The position numbers and the translations under genes were made by a program. This document shows, piece by piece, positions 50,621-62,365 of a DNA stretch of 64,000 nt (within the stretch, counting starts at the first letter, position 1; each line of letters opens with the position of its first letter). The notes under the pieces are model-generated. The model made no database searches and was not told the origin of the DNA. It saw only the letters and a program-made list of their open reading frames with translations. Origin of the DNA: Callorhinchus milii (Eukaryota). The stretch is from positions 99,140,001 to 99,204,000 of the forward strand of contig NW_024704742.1 in assembly GCF_018977255.1 (NCBI RefSeq), written 5' to 3'.

Positions 50621-51438
50621 TTGTGGGCAAAATATGTCAAATGGTCAAAGACTGCAAGATTATGATCATTCTTTAAAAATAGAAATATGATAAATTTCTA
50701 ATCAGCATGTTTAATTAACACGTTTAGCTTCAGCCTTCAAATTTAAATTTCAAATTTAAGATTGTACAGAACTTTGGTAATTCTTTCAGTCACTATTAAA
50801 TTGGAAGCCAGTTTTCCACATTATTAAAAGAGGAGACCATCGAGGCTAATCCTCAGTGTTAGAGGCATAAGTTGTGAGGAGTAACTAGATATGATAGACA
50901 TTGAAAAGAGACATCTCAAAGATATACAAAATTCTTAGTGGGAGAGAGAAAGTAAATCTGAAACATTACTTTCAGATATGCCAAGGCAGGAGGGCACTGG
51001 GGCACAATTTCAGGGTTGTCAAGGACAGACACCAGGAAGTATTTCTTTACAAAGAGGGTAATCAACAGATGGAATAAGTTACTAAGATTAGTTGTTGAGA
51101 TGCTGCACTCATTGAATAAACAATTTTTTGATGTAATGGGAAGACTAAATAATTGGTTTTCTGGAAGGATGTGATCAAATTTCATCTTGACCTCTAGTGT
51201 GATCTTGTGTTTACAAACCATTTATTAAATCTAAATACCCGAGGTATTCATTTCCTATACATACATTAGCATATCCAGGGGAACAGGGTAGCAGAAATCC
51301 ACACATAGATTTATTACCTACAGACTGCTGACTAGTGACCCAATTCATAGCTTGCTTTATATATATGTGCAAAATGTGCTGCTTATATGAAGACCTGGGT
51401 TCGACCTTTCTTTGACTACCACTCGGGTATTTAGTTAT

Positions 51439-51830
51439 AGTCCTGTAGCTCAGTGGGTGGATTCCTGTAGCTCAGTGGTTAGAGCACTCGCCTCAAAACC
51501 AAGAGACCTGGTTTAGATTCCTGGCAGGGCGAAATGTTGGGCAAGCTTCCTTACTCCACACGCTTCTGTTTATCTAGCAGTAAGTAGGACCCGGTTGTTA
51601 GTCGATTTGCGGATCACTTTTCTGGGAATAATAATTTCTTCAAAGCTACTAATAATAATAAATTGGTCACTCAAATCCATGACTATTTGTGGGACACTGC
51701 TGTTTGCAATTGGCTGCCACGTTTCGCCTACAAAATGTACAGTCAATTCACTTTACAGTATATTGTGTGAAGCGCTTTGCAACATCTCGAAGACGTGATA
51801 AGGGGTTATATTAACATACAAGGATTATTA
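51439..51830 (+). mobile_element. tRNA-derived SINE with tandemly duplicated 22-bp 5' end
   Basis: AGTCCTGTAGCTCAGTGG at 51439 and a variant at 51461. Confidence 0.85.
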
Positions 51831-52259
51831 TAGCTCATAATGCAGTCGATTGTAACTAACAGCATAAATCTGTTTTGGGTAACAGAGGAAGCACACAGCA
51901 GTGGAATTAATGGTAGAGTGCTTGAACAAAGTAGGATATCAACACATTGGGACTTTGTGTTTTGAAATCCAGGTCCCTCCTTCATTCATTCCTATTCATA
52001 ATCACAAGAAATATGGTCATATCCTTCCAGAATACCAACTACAAACCCGGCTTGTGGTCACCTCAGTAATCCAGCTGCCTCACAATTGAAGGCACATTTT
52101 CACAGTCTCTTTCATTGTCAATGGTAAAAGATAGGCTGTCTGTGACTACCACACAGGTATTTAGTTATAGTCCTGTAGCTCAGTGGTTGGAGTCCTGTAG
52201 CTCAGTGGATGGAGTCCTGTAGCTCAGTGGTTAGAGCACTCGCCTATACAGGACAACGG

Positions 52260-52508
52260 TCATTGATTGCGGCCGCTACAGTGCTCTCCTCTGGTACAAA
52301 CGCGGTACAAACAGCCCCCTCCACTACTAACCTGTACACTGTGCACTAGGCCTCGGGCTTCTTGCGCTGTTTCCTCGACGCTGCTACTGTGGGCGGAGTG
52401 GGCTCCGGTCGTGCATGCGCGGCGCGGGGAGAGTTGGGGTTGCGGAAAATCGACTTTGCCTGGTGCCTGCAGCCTAACCTGAGCTCTTGCAGACAATTCT
52501 TGGTAAGT
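52260..52508 (+). promoter_or_regulatory. Putative CpG-rich promoter and non-coding first exon of an unidentified transcript
   Basis: Local CpG cluster; GC box GGGCGGAG 52391-52398; NRF1-like GTGCATGCGC 52411-52420; consensus donor TG|GTAAGT at 52503. Confidence 0.5.
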
Positions 52509-52841
52509 GCTGTATTCAGAGCACATGGTTTGTATTTACATTGTTTGTTTTGATTTAGTGATTTAGTGACTGTTGACAAGTGTTGTAAACATGCCTCATG
52601 GAAGGAATTGTCCTTGTGTGAGAGAGTGGACTTAATCGAAAACAGCGAGGGCAAAAGTCATAGACAGTTACCTGTGATCTATGGCATTGACAGAACACAA
52701 GTTGTTGCATTCTCAAAAGGAAAGCTGAATACTTGACAGCTTTTGTTTTAAATGTGACAGACGGTGCCTTTGTTTTAATGAGATTGCAAAGTATGGTGGT
52801 TCAATGTTCATCACCCTGCCCATTACCAATGCCCTTAACAT

Positions 52842-52951
52842 TACATCAGTGACCTGAATCACCCGAACTGTTTCAGTAATCAGGTCACCTCACTACATGG
52901 GTCACTTTTGCCCAGTCCCTTGAGTGACTGGATTAGTGAGGTTCTACTGTA
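52842..52951. mobile_element. Tigger/pogo-like MITE remnant
   Basis: Ends GAGGTTCTACTG|TA, typical of a pogo TIR plus TA target; left TIR degenerate. Confidence 0.4.
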
Positions 52952-55900
52952 TATTTTATTGCATCTCAAACCTTTAGTGAATGACAAAATATTATTCATC
53001 TCTTGCTTCAGTGTTTGGTGCTCCAGTTCTTGCAATGCTAGTAATAGGAACTAATACAGTCCAGTAAAATAATAATCCTTGCATTTGATATAGCATCTAT
53101 AATATGAAATGTCTCAAAACACTCACAGTTTGTTGCTGTAAAGTGAATGGCTGTTTATTTGTCGGTGAATGCAGCAGCCAATTTGGACACAGCAATGTCC
53201 CACAAACAACCCTGAAATGAATGACCAATTTTATCTGGGGAGGGGGGGGGTTGTTGACCAGGACACCGGGAGAAACTCCCTTCTCTTTTTTGAATAGTAC
53301 CATTGTATCTTTAATGTCCACCTGAATAGCTGGATGAGACCTTGGTGTAACATCTCATCCAAAAAACAGCAGCTCCAGCAATACCGCAATGCTCCTCCCA
53401 CTGGAGGTCAGCTTCGGTCACTCAGATACAAGCAATGAATCAGTTCTCGCTGTGTCTGTTGAAAGTCATAATAATTACTCCTGTACCACACTAGGTTTAT
53501 TGCATTTGTAAAATTATTAGGAAAAAATATCTTATATTGATTAACACAAAAACGACATTAATTCTGTCAAAATAATTGAGTTGGAAAATGCAATTGTACC
53601 ACAAAAATAATAGCAGCTTGCTGCCATTTATTTTACTTTTCAAACAGAGAGGCTCTTCCCCTCTAGTTATAACTCAAAACAGTACTGTCTCATTAACACC
53701 ATTCTGTGAAGATTCTCTTTGCGGTTTTGTACTCTAATTAAAAACCCAGGAAGATAGCAATTTTGAAAGAAAAGAACATTAGGAAGCAACTCATGTTCTA
53801 AGTGCATTTTGTGGCTTCAAAGTAGCACAGGGGTGACTCATGTGATATGTGGATCATCACATCGCCCATAATTTCTGCCTAAACCAGACCTTAATTAATT
53901 ATTGATACCCTTTACTCAGCACTCCATACTAATTCCACCCAGAAACACATTCACAAATTCCTACCATGGTGGGACATCATGTATTTCAGATTATCAGAAG
54001 GATAATCCTCCTCTCTCATTTGTGTGACTCAGATTTCCCATTAAAAAAAATCATTTTAAGAAATGCCACAAATTAAACCCTTTATTTATTCAGCACAATT
54101 AATAAAAAAATACAAATAACCATCACAGAAGGTACTGTGCCTGTGCTGACTCACTGTAAGAAGCTTCACAGTACAGTATTGGGGGAGCACTGCATTGTCA
54201 AGGTACTGTCCTTCATTATGAAATGTTAAACCAAGTTCCGGTCTGGAAGTTCAGGTGATTATTAGAAGTCCCGGGGCACTCTGAAAACTGAAAGGAGTTT
54301 CTCCAGGTGTCCTGGCCAACAATTCAACCCAGATAAAAGATTGGTTGTTCACACCCATGGCTGTTTGTAGGACATTGCTGTGCATTAATTGGCTTCTGTG
54401 TTCGACAAATACACAGTTATTACAATTTACAGAAAATTCTGTGAAGCTCTTTTACGTTTTTATGTGATAAGGTGCTATATCAAATTAAATGATTATTATT
54501 AACTAGTTAACCCTACTCCCCTGCCTTTTCCCAATAACCATTTGTGTTTTGACATTTGTCTAATTCCCTTTTAAAAGCTGCAAATCCCTTTTACAAAGTG
54601 TAAAAGGGTTAATTTGCTAGATTACTGTGCTGTCATCTCCAGCCCAGTGGAACAAGCCATTATCTTATATGGCCTTGTGATTCTAGCAAACTACAGTAGA
54701 CAGAGTTCTTCCTCCTCTTCCCACATTAGATTAGCACCCTCATCCAAGAGGTAAAGAGCCATAATGACTGGCACTAATTTACACTGCACAAATGTAGCGA
54801 CTTGACCTGTGACTGGTTTTGTGAATTCTGGTCTTGATGAGTGTTGGCACTGAAGCCATCTGTGCCTTCTTGCCTGCTGCTCACCAGGCTGTTCTTTGAC
54901 CTTGTTCTAAGCCTAATGGAAATACGATGGCTGTTGCATCTGTTAATAATTTGAACTGAAAGAAATTGATTTTATGTTTGAAAATGTAGATAAGAATAAT
55001 AACATTCCTTGCATTTGATTTATCATTTTTCATGCCAGGAGGGCAACCCAAAGAGCTTCACAGGATTCACTGTGAAGTGCAGTGACTGTATTCTTGTAGA
55101 TGAGTTGCAGTAGCCTATTTGCCCACAGCAATATCTCACAACAGTCATAAATTGAATGACCAATTTTACCTGAGGGATTATTGTCCAGGACACCGAAAAG
55201 AACTCCTATCCCTTTTCGAATAGCACAATGGGATCTATGATCTTCCTTCCGACAGGAGCTCAGTTTAATGTCTCGTCTGAAGGATGGCACTCCAACAGTG
55301 AGGAGGTGGACTGTACTGGAGCGTCAGCCTGCACTGGAGTTCTTCCGACGTAAAAGGCGCTATACAAATGTAATTTTGTTGTTGTTGTAGTCCAGTTCCA
55401 ACATGGACGCTTGAACCCACAATCTTCTAACGCAGAGGCAAGTGTGCTACTAACTGAGCTAGGCTGACAAGCCCTATGATTCCAATAACTTTAATCATAA
55501 TATATTATCATTTGATTCTTGTGTTGCCTATAAAAATACAAATTCCAGAAAGATTTTACACAAATATAGCTCAGCATCAGTTAAGGGTGTAGATTATTAA
55601 TATTAAGATTGACGAGCTGCTACGTTTCTTCCCAAGTCTTGGTTGCAGGGAGCTGAGAATAATAATAATAAGTCCTTATTTGGTAAAGAGAAGCACTTTT
55701 CATCTCAAGAGGATTCACAGAAAGTGCAGTGACGGTGTTTTGTGGAGAAGAAAAATCATTTGAGAAAAAGGAATAGAGATGGCATAGAATTATACAAGTT
55801 TACAATGCAGAAGGAAGACATTTGGCCCATGTGCTCTCAGAAAGAGCGTTTTATTCAGTCCCACACTCCCATAATTTTTCAATACCTTTAATGTTGCTTT

Positions 55901-57949
55901 TCCAATAGTTGTTTAATGCTCTCTTAAAACAAAAGGGCACAGGTTCAGGTTGGCAAAACAAAATTTCAGGAGAGGCACCAGGAAGTATTGCTTTATGGAA
56001 CATGTTATTAATAATAATAATTATTGCATTTGATATAGTATCTTATTACGTCATTGAACATCTCAAAGCATTTTACAGGATTAACTGTAAAGTACAGTGA
56101 CTGTATATTTTAGACAATTTGTAGGTTACCAGGAAGGTTAAGGCTCGGACACTCATTTAAGAAACAACTTGATGCTGTGATGGCAGGACAGAAAAGTGGG
56201 TGTTCTGGAATATTAAGATCAAATGGGCCAAGGGCCTTTGTTATCAAAATCAATCTTGTGATCTTGTAAGAAGCTGTAATGGATTCTGCTTCAACCATCA
56301 TTTATGCTGGATCTCTGTATTAAATTAGTAATGGTGTTTGGTAATATCCTGCATTTATAATCGATAGGATCTTATTTTCTCAGCTGCTAGTGATAACTCA
56401 CTTCTGAGGCGTGAAATGAAACCTAGTTTTGGCCTCTAAGACCTTTTTGTCTTAAAATTTAAGATGGCACAGAATGGGGCAAAACTCTTATACATAGCCT
56501 TAATTTGAAACCTTCTATTTAAGAACTGTGGAACAGCAGGTTGCAAAATAAGATTGAATTTAAGCATTTTCCACTATTCTGCAAGATTGAAAACTTTACG
56601 ACAAAATAGTCTCAGGAGCTAGGACTAGGTGGAATTCCAGGGCTCGATTGTGAAAAATACTGTGGATCTTTTACCCTAGTTGAATGATGGCTGCATTGAA
56701 CCAAATTGATTACAAGCATTCCATTCCCTTCTTTCAATGGGAAGAAAGAAATGATCCCAAAGTGGGATATTTACCAGCCGCATTGTTGGTTATTTATTCC
56801 CTGAAGTCACAGTGACGCAGAGCAGTCAGCTTGTGACTAATGAAGTGTCGGGCCCCTTCAAATATGACAAATATCACCAAAAAATGTTATTCGTGCCATG
56901 GTGATGGCACGCTTTGCTGCACTGGATTAAACACAATGTTAAATGGCCTTCAACTAAAGCACAAGCATGCTGCGAATTGATTAATGGTTTCATTAAAGTG
57001 AAAACGGCCAGGTTATCTGCTGGGATAACATTTACAAAGAGCCGGTTTTATTCATTGGCATAATGGGATTTTGTATGCAATTTAATTTAGATGTGAGAGA
57101 ACTGATGACTTGACAGGGCACTGGTTGTCCACACTGCCTTGACTTAATAACAAATGAAACTAATAAGAAATGTTGGTGGAAAGAGCAACAAAGACGAAAG
57201 ACAGGTCTGAAAGACAGATTGTATTTATTCAGGATTCGGAACTGGCAGAGAGGAGTTTAGAAAATACAAATGAGAAATGAAATGATCCCCTAATGTCATT
57301 TATATTAAATAAATTATGGCAGAGCAGGAGAATACAGACATATGTTTTTGTACGCGGGTGAATAAAATAATTTGTATTCCATGTGCAAAGCGAGAAGGAT
57401 ATTGATAAAGAACAGAAATGTCACAATTTAAAGGATATAATAATACACTTAAGACAATTTTTTTCTGTTTTCACTGCTACCTTATTACTGCAGAATATGC
57501 TTTGTTATTTTGCAATGGTAAAGAGAATAAGCAATGACTATTTACTATACTATTTACCGTACTTGATAAGTCAAGTTGCGAACCTGAAAACTAAATGAAA
57601 GACTGAAAAATCTGAATTACTGAGGTGTGTGGGAAGTGGCTCCCCCCTCCCCAATCCCCTCGCCCCAATGCCAAAGTCCTGAATTAGTTGCAATGTTAGG
57701 ATTTGAATATTGAGGATATTTCTAGTTTACTCACTGAACTCGAGCTTGTGCAAAGGTGTGAGGGTAGGGGGCTGTCTCTTCAGTGGTGAGTGACTGCAAG
57801 AAACTAGTCATGTTTGGTAAGCAGAGAATCCCTTGAAAAATTCAGTGAACTGGAACAAAGGTAGGAGGAATAGTGATAATAAAGATCTGGAAAACACCAG
57901 AGAGGTTTTCCTCCAATATGCAGCCACTACACTCAATGATATTTACCTA

Positions 57950-58402
57950 GAAACATAAGTAGGCCATTCAGCCCCTCAAACCTGTTACAATAATAAATAA
58001 TAATAATCCTTACATTTGTTTTAGCGCCTTATCACGTCTCTGAGATGTTTCAAAGCCCTTCAATAAGATAATGGCTGATCTGTACCTCAACTCCAATTAC
58101 CCACCCTCGGCCCATATCCCTTGATACCCTTACCTAACAAATATCTATCCACCTTAGTCTTGAACATTTGAATGGATCCAGCATCTATAGCCTTTTGAGG
58201 TGAGTTCCAGATTTCCACTACCCTTTGGGTGAAAAATTGCCTGCTGATTTCACTCCTAAATGGCTTAGTTCTAATTTTAAGATTATGTCCCCTTCTTCTG
58301 GATTCCCCACCAGAGGAAATAGTTTCTCTGTAGCTACCCTATCAAATTCCTTTATTATTTAAAAAAATTCAATTAGATCACCCCTCAACCTTCTAAACTT
58401 AA
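57950..58402 (-). mobile_element. CR1 3' end (with a short SINE-tail insertion at ~57990-58062)
   Basis: FRRLRGDLIE...FFTQRVVEIWN peptide and 3' UTR GGCTGAATGGCCTAC. Confidence 0.85.
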
Positions 58403-58439
58403 TCTCTGGTGAATTTGTGCTACATCCCCTCCAGAGCCA

Positions 58440-58790
58440 ATAATAATAATAATAAACCTTACCTATAATATAGCACCTTATCACATTTTTAAAATGTATC
58501 AAAGAACTTCACAGAATATATTATAAACTGAATTGACTGTATTTTGTAGGCAAAATATGGCAGCCAATTGCGCACAGCAGAGTCCCACAAATAGTCGAGG
58601 ATTGAAATGACCAATTTATTATTCTTATTTTTTTGAAGGAAGTATTACCCCGGAAAAGCGGGGTAATAATTCCTTCAAAAAGTAATAAGGAATAAAGAAA
58701 CTTGCCCAATTTTTCATCCGACCTGGGAATTGAACCTAGTTTCCCTCACCTGTGAGGCGAGTGCTCTAACCATTAGGCTACAGGACTCCA
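58440..58790 (-). mobile_element. tRNA-derived SINE
   Basis: Head ...GCTACAGGACTCC ending near 58789, (TAA)n tail. Confidence 0.85.
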
Positions 58791-61700
58791 CCAATATATC
58801 CTTAAAAAATACTATGAAATACTTTGAGATTTTTGACTTTGTAACTGTTACAAGCACCTTTGATGAGTCCGAATGTTGTGGGCTTAAATCCCAAGCTGGA
58901 ACTTCTAATTTATATAGTCTGGGCTGACACTCCAATGTGGTCCATTACATGAAACATTAAACTTGTGTCCCATCTGCTTGTTCAGGTGGACGTTAAAGAT
59001 TTAATGGAACCGTTTGAAAAGTGAAGGGAGCTTCTCCCTGTGTCCTGGCCAACAATCCGTGAATAAAAAATTGGTTACTCATCCCATAACTGTTTGTAGT
59101 TCATTGCTGTGCTCAAATTGGCTGCTACTTTCGTCCAGTCACTCCACTTTACAGTAAAATCCTGTGAAGTACTTTGATCTGTGTTCCCGAAGGAGCTATA
59201 TCAAATGTAAGGATTATTAGGGTTATCGTTATTAAGCAAGCTTTATTATTAGTGAAATACTACAAATTGAGCCCACGGAAAGCTCAAAATGCCACCAGGT
59301 CTTAGCCTGCAAGATCATTTTATCTTAAATTTACGATGATGCAGAATTATGGAAATTTCATAAACTTAGTTTAATTTAGAAGTTTTTTTTAAGAACTGCA
59401 GAAAATCAGATTCAAAATTCAGACTGAATTAAAGAATTTTCCAAGATTTTATACAATGAGAAATTTTAATAATAAAGGTCTTAAAGGGTAAGACTAGGTG
59501 GAATCTTGAATTGGATCACACCACTGGAAAAATATTCAAACAATTCCTGTTTTATTTAACTCTCCTATCTGGCTTTTTCCTGATCCTGTGTTGTTATGGG
59601 ATGTATTTCTTGCAATTAATAGCTCTCTCTCTTCCTAAAGGTGTCACTGTTGGCCAGGTATACCGAATGCACATTTTTAAGGTTGTCATTTACTTGTTTC
59701 AAATATTCCAGATGAGCCTGGGAGAAAAGTGCAAAAAATGTATAAATAATGTTACCAGCAAGTAGATAGTTTTGAGATTGTATTGCCTGGTGGTGTGAAT
59801 GATTAAAGCTCATTAACAATATATGAAAGAGATTAATGTGGGATCTGACTTCATGGCCCCAGAGGGAATGGTTCTTCTAAATGAATATCTCTGATGACAT
59901 TGGTTAGTGAAAGCTCCGGATTCTCCAATTGATGGTGTGAAAATGTAAGTCAGAGCCTCTTGAAAGATAGTCGACTTCAAAATCATCATCCTCACCTTCA
60001 AATCCCTTCATGGTCTTTTCTCTCCCTTCCTCTGCCTTCACCCCTATTCTCCCACCTGTGCTCTTCCCTCTTCTAAAGCGCTATGGTGAAGGGCGCTATA
60101 TAAATGCAAGTTGCTGCTGTTGTTCTATCTCTGGTCTGCTATGTGTCTACTGTTTTAATTTAACAGCACATTGAATGTGTCAAACATGGACAACATCCTT
60201 TTGATTCCTCCCCACCCCTCACCAAAACCAACTTCAATGGTGTCTGTGAGGCCGTGTCCTCAGGATTCGGATTTCTTTCTCTTGGTTATTTACTGCTGGT
60301 TAGTGGATTACTAGCCATTTACTAACAACAATAACTTGCACTATATATGCCTTTTACAAAGGGTAATATCTCCAAGTATTTCACAAAGATGGGGTGGAAA
60401 CCTGGGCAAGATGGTAAACATCTGACAATAGGAGGGAGTTGGCTGAAGGTGGAGTCAAAGAGGTGGGTTATTGGAAGGGTTTTGAAAGCTGAGGGGGAGG
60501 ATGTGAAATGGAAGGGTTTTGGGAGAGAGTTCCAAGCGAGCGGGGCATAGTGCCTAAACAAAAACAACAGAGTAGTCAGTATCTCACCAATCAGCAGAGA
60601 ACATTCTAGGGTTTGAAACTGTGTTTCAATTGAGAAACTCTGATGGTGTACTGGATAAAGCCACTTTCTGACTGGGAGCACTTTGGTTCAAATCCTGGTC
60701 TGTGCTGAGTTTGCTGGTCTCAACTGGGACTGAGTGAGGAGGCTAAATCAGCTCGGCCTTGCCAGGGTTAGGGAGGAGAAAATCAGGCAGGTTCTTCTTA
60801 AGTACTAGCTGCTGTGTGCAGATGGATGGATAGAGGTCAGACTCAGAAGTACATCCTCTATAGTTGAGAGGTCACCAACACTCACTGCCAAGGCTCACAC
60901 ATGAACAGTGAGTACTTGGCCAGGTACTGAAAGGCAACCGGTATCCGTGGAACCAATCCCCAAAATGAGGAGGCTGGGGACCGGGAAAAGAGAATTAGGA
61001 AATGAATTGAGACACTAAAATGTTTGAATAAAATATGAGAAGGTAATGGGGAGAGGCAGTACATTCAGTTATATTCAATATGTTGAATCTCAAATATATC
61101 ACTGCATTGAACCCAATGTTGTTTGTACTGTAGATTGAGATGATAGACCAAGTTTTATCTGGACAAACACTAACTGTGTAACATGATAAGTAATTAAATA
61201 ATGGATAACTCCGTGGGAATTGTCAGGAAGGAGGGAAGTAACAAGTAGTAATCTAATCGAGGGGTTTAGATGGTGTCACCAAGCACGAGGGAAAGGTTAG
61301 AGTAGTTTATAACCATTATCTGAGCACAGAACTGTTAGTTGCTTTGAAGTGTTTTTCCCATGTGGCTCCTGCCAGTGTTTTTCCTTCCTATTTGAGACAT
61401 GGTATCAGTGAGAAGTGACAAGTGTATGTTAGGTGTTTCTTCACAGAGTCATAGCGAGAAGCTCCTTCACATCACTTAACATGGAGAGGCATTAACATAA
61501 ATCAGGAATCTCAGCACTCCCTTGAAATAGAGAATGGTAAATGGCTTAAAACAATCTGAAACAGGGAACGGAAGGCAGGGAGTCAGGAAATTACACAAAA
61601 CAAAGCTGGGAAAATTAACGGAAAAATGTTACAAGTATTTGGTGAGCTACTGGAATCCACGTAGAGAAATAACATTAAGCAGCTGCTTTACTACTGTGAA

Positions 61701-62127
61701 GCAGAACTCCCACTGTTTACTGACATGCTAAGACATTGGCAAAGGTTTCTTTCTAAAATTGTTAATTCACACCCAAGAAATAAAGTGGTGAAACTGTATC
61801 ATTTTGTATCAGATTCGATGTGATAGGATCTGTTCAGAAATGGTTGATAATCATCCTCTGGTGTGAACATTTCCAATTTGAGCACAATAGTCTGGTTCGA
61901 AGCTTCATTTTTAGAAGAAGTTTGTTCACCATCTGGAATCTCCTCTCAGTGGCAATTTAAAAAAATTTAAATCAATAAAAATAATACTTGCATTTGATAC
62001 AATGCCTTTCACATTGGGAGAATATTTCAAAGTGCTTCACGGGATTTGCTGTATAGTGCAGTGACTCTGTATTTTGTAGGCGAACGTGCAGGCCAATTTG
62101 CACGTAGCAATGCCCCACAAACAGCCA

Positions 62128-62365
62128 TAATAATCCTTGCATTTGATATAGCGCTTTTCACATCGGGAGGACGTCCCAAAGCGCTTCACAGAACACATTG
62201 TAAAGTGAATTGACTATATTTGTGGGCGAACGCGGCAGCCAATTGCGCACAGCAATGTCCCACAAACAGTCGTAGATTGAAAATGACCAATTTAATTATT
62301 GTTTTGTTTTGGAGGGATTATTATTAGGCGTGTGGAGTAAGGAAACTTGCCCAAGGTTTCACCTG
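62128..62365 (-). mobile_element. Young 5'-truncated SINE nested in an older SINE (61975-62420)
   Basis: Near-identical to the 17340-17590 body; host sequence resumes at ~62365. Confidence 0.8.

Noticed and set aside
52169..52230. CRISPR-like short repeats (also the spaced motif at 9238-9690)
   Set aside because: Units are directly tandem or highly degenerate, derive from a SINE A box or AT-rich intron, occur in a eukaryotic context and have no cas genes.
59883..59923. CTGATGA...GAAAGCTC hammerhead-like string
   Set aside because: Stem II is only ~3 weak pairs, stem I mismatches next to the core, and there is no Penelope context; compatible with chance or heavy decay.
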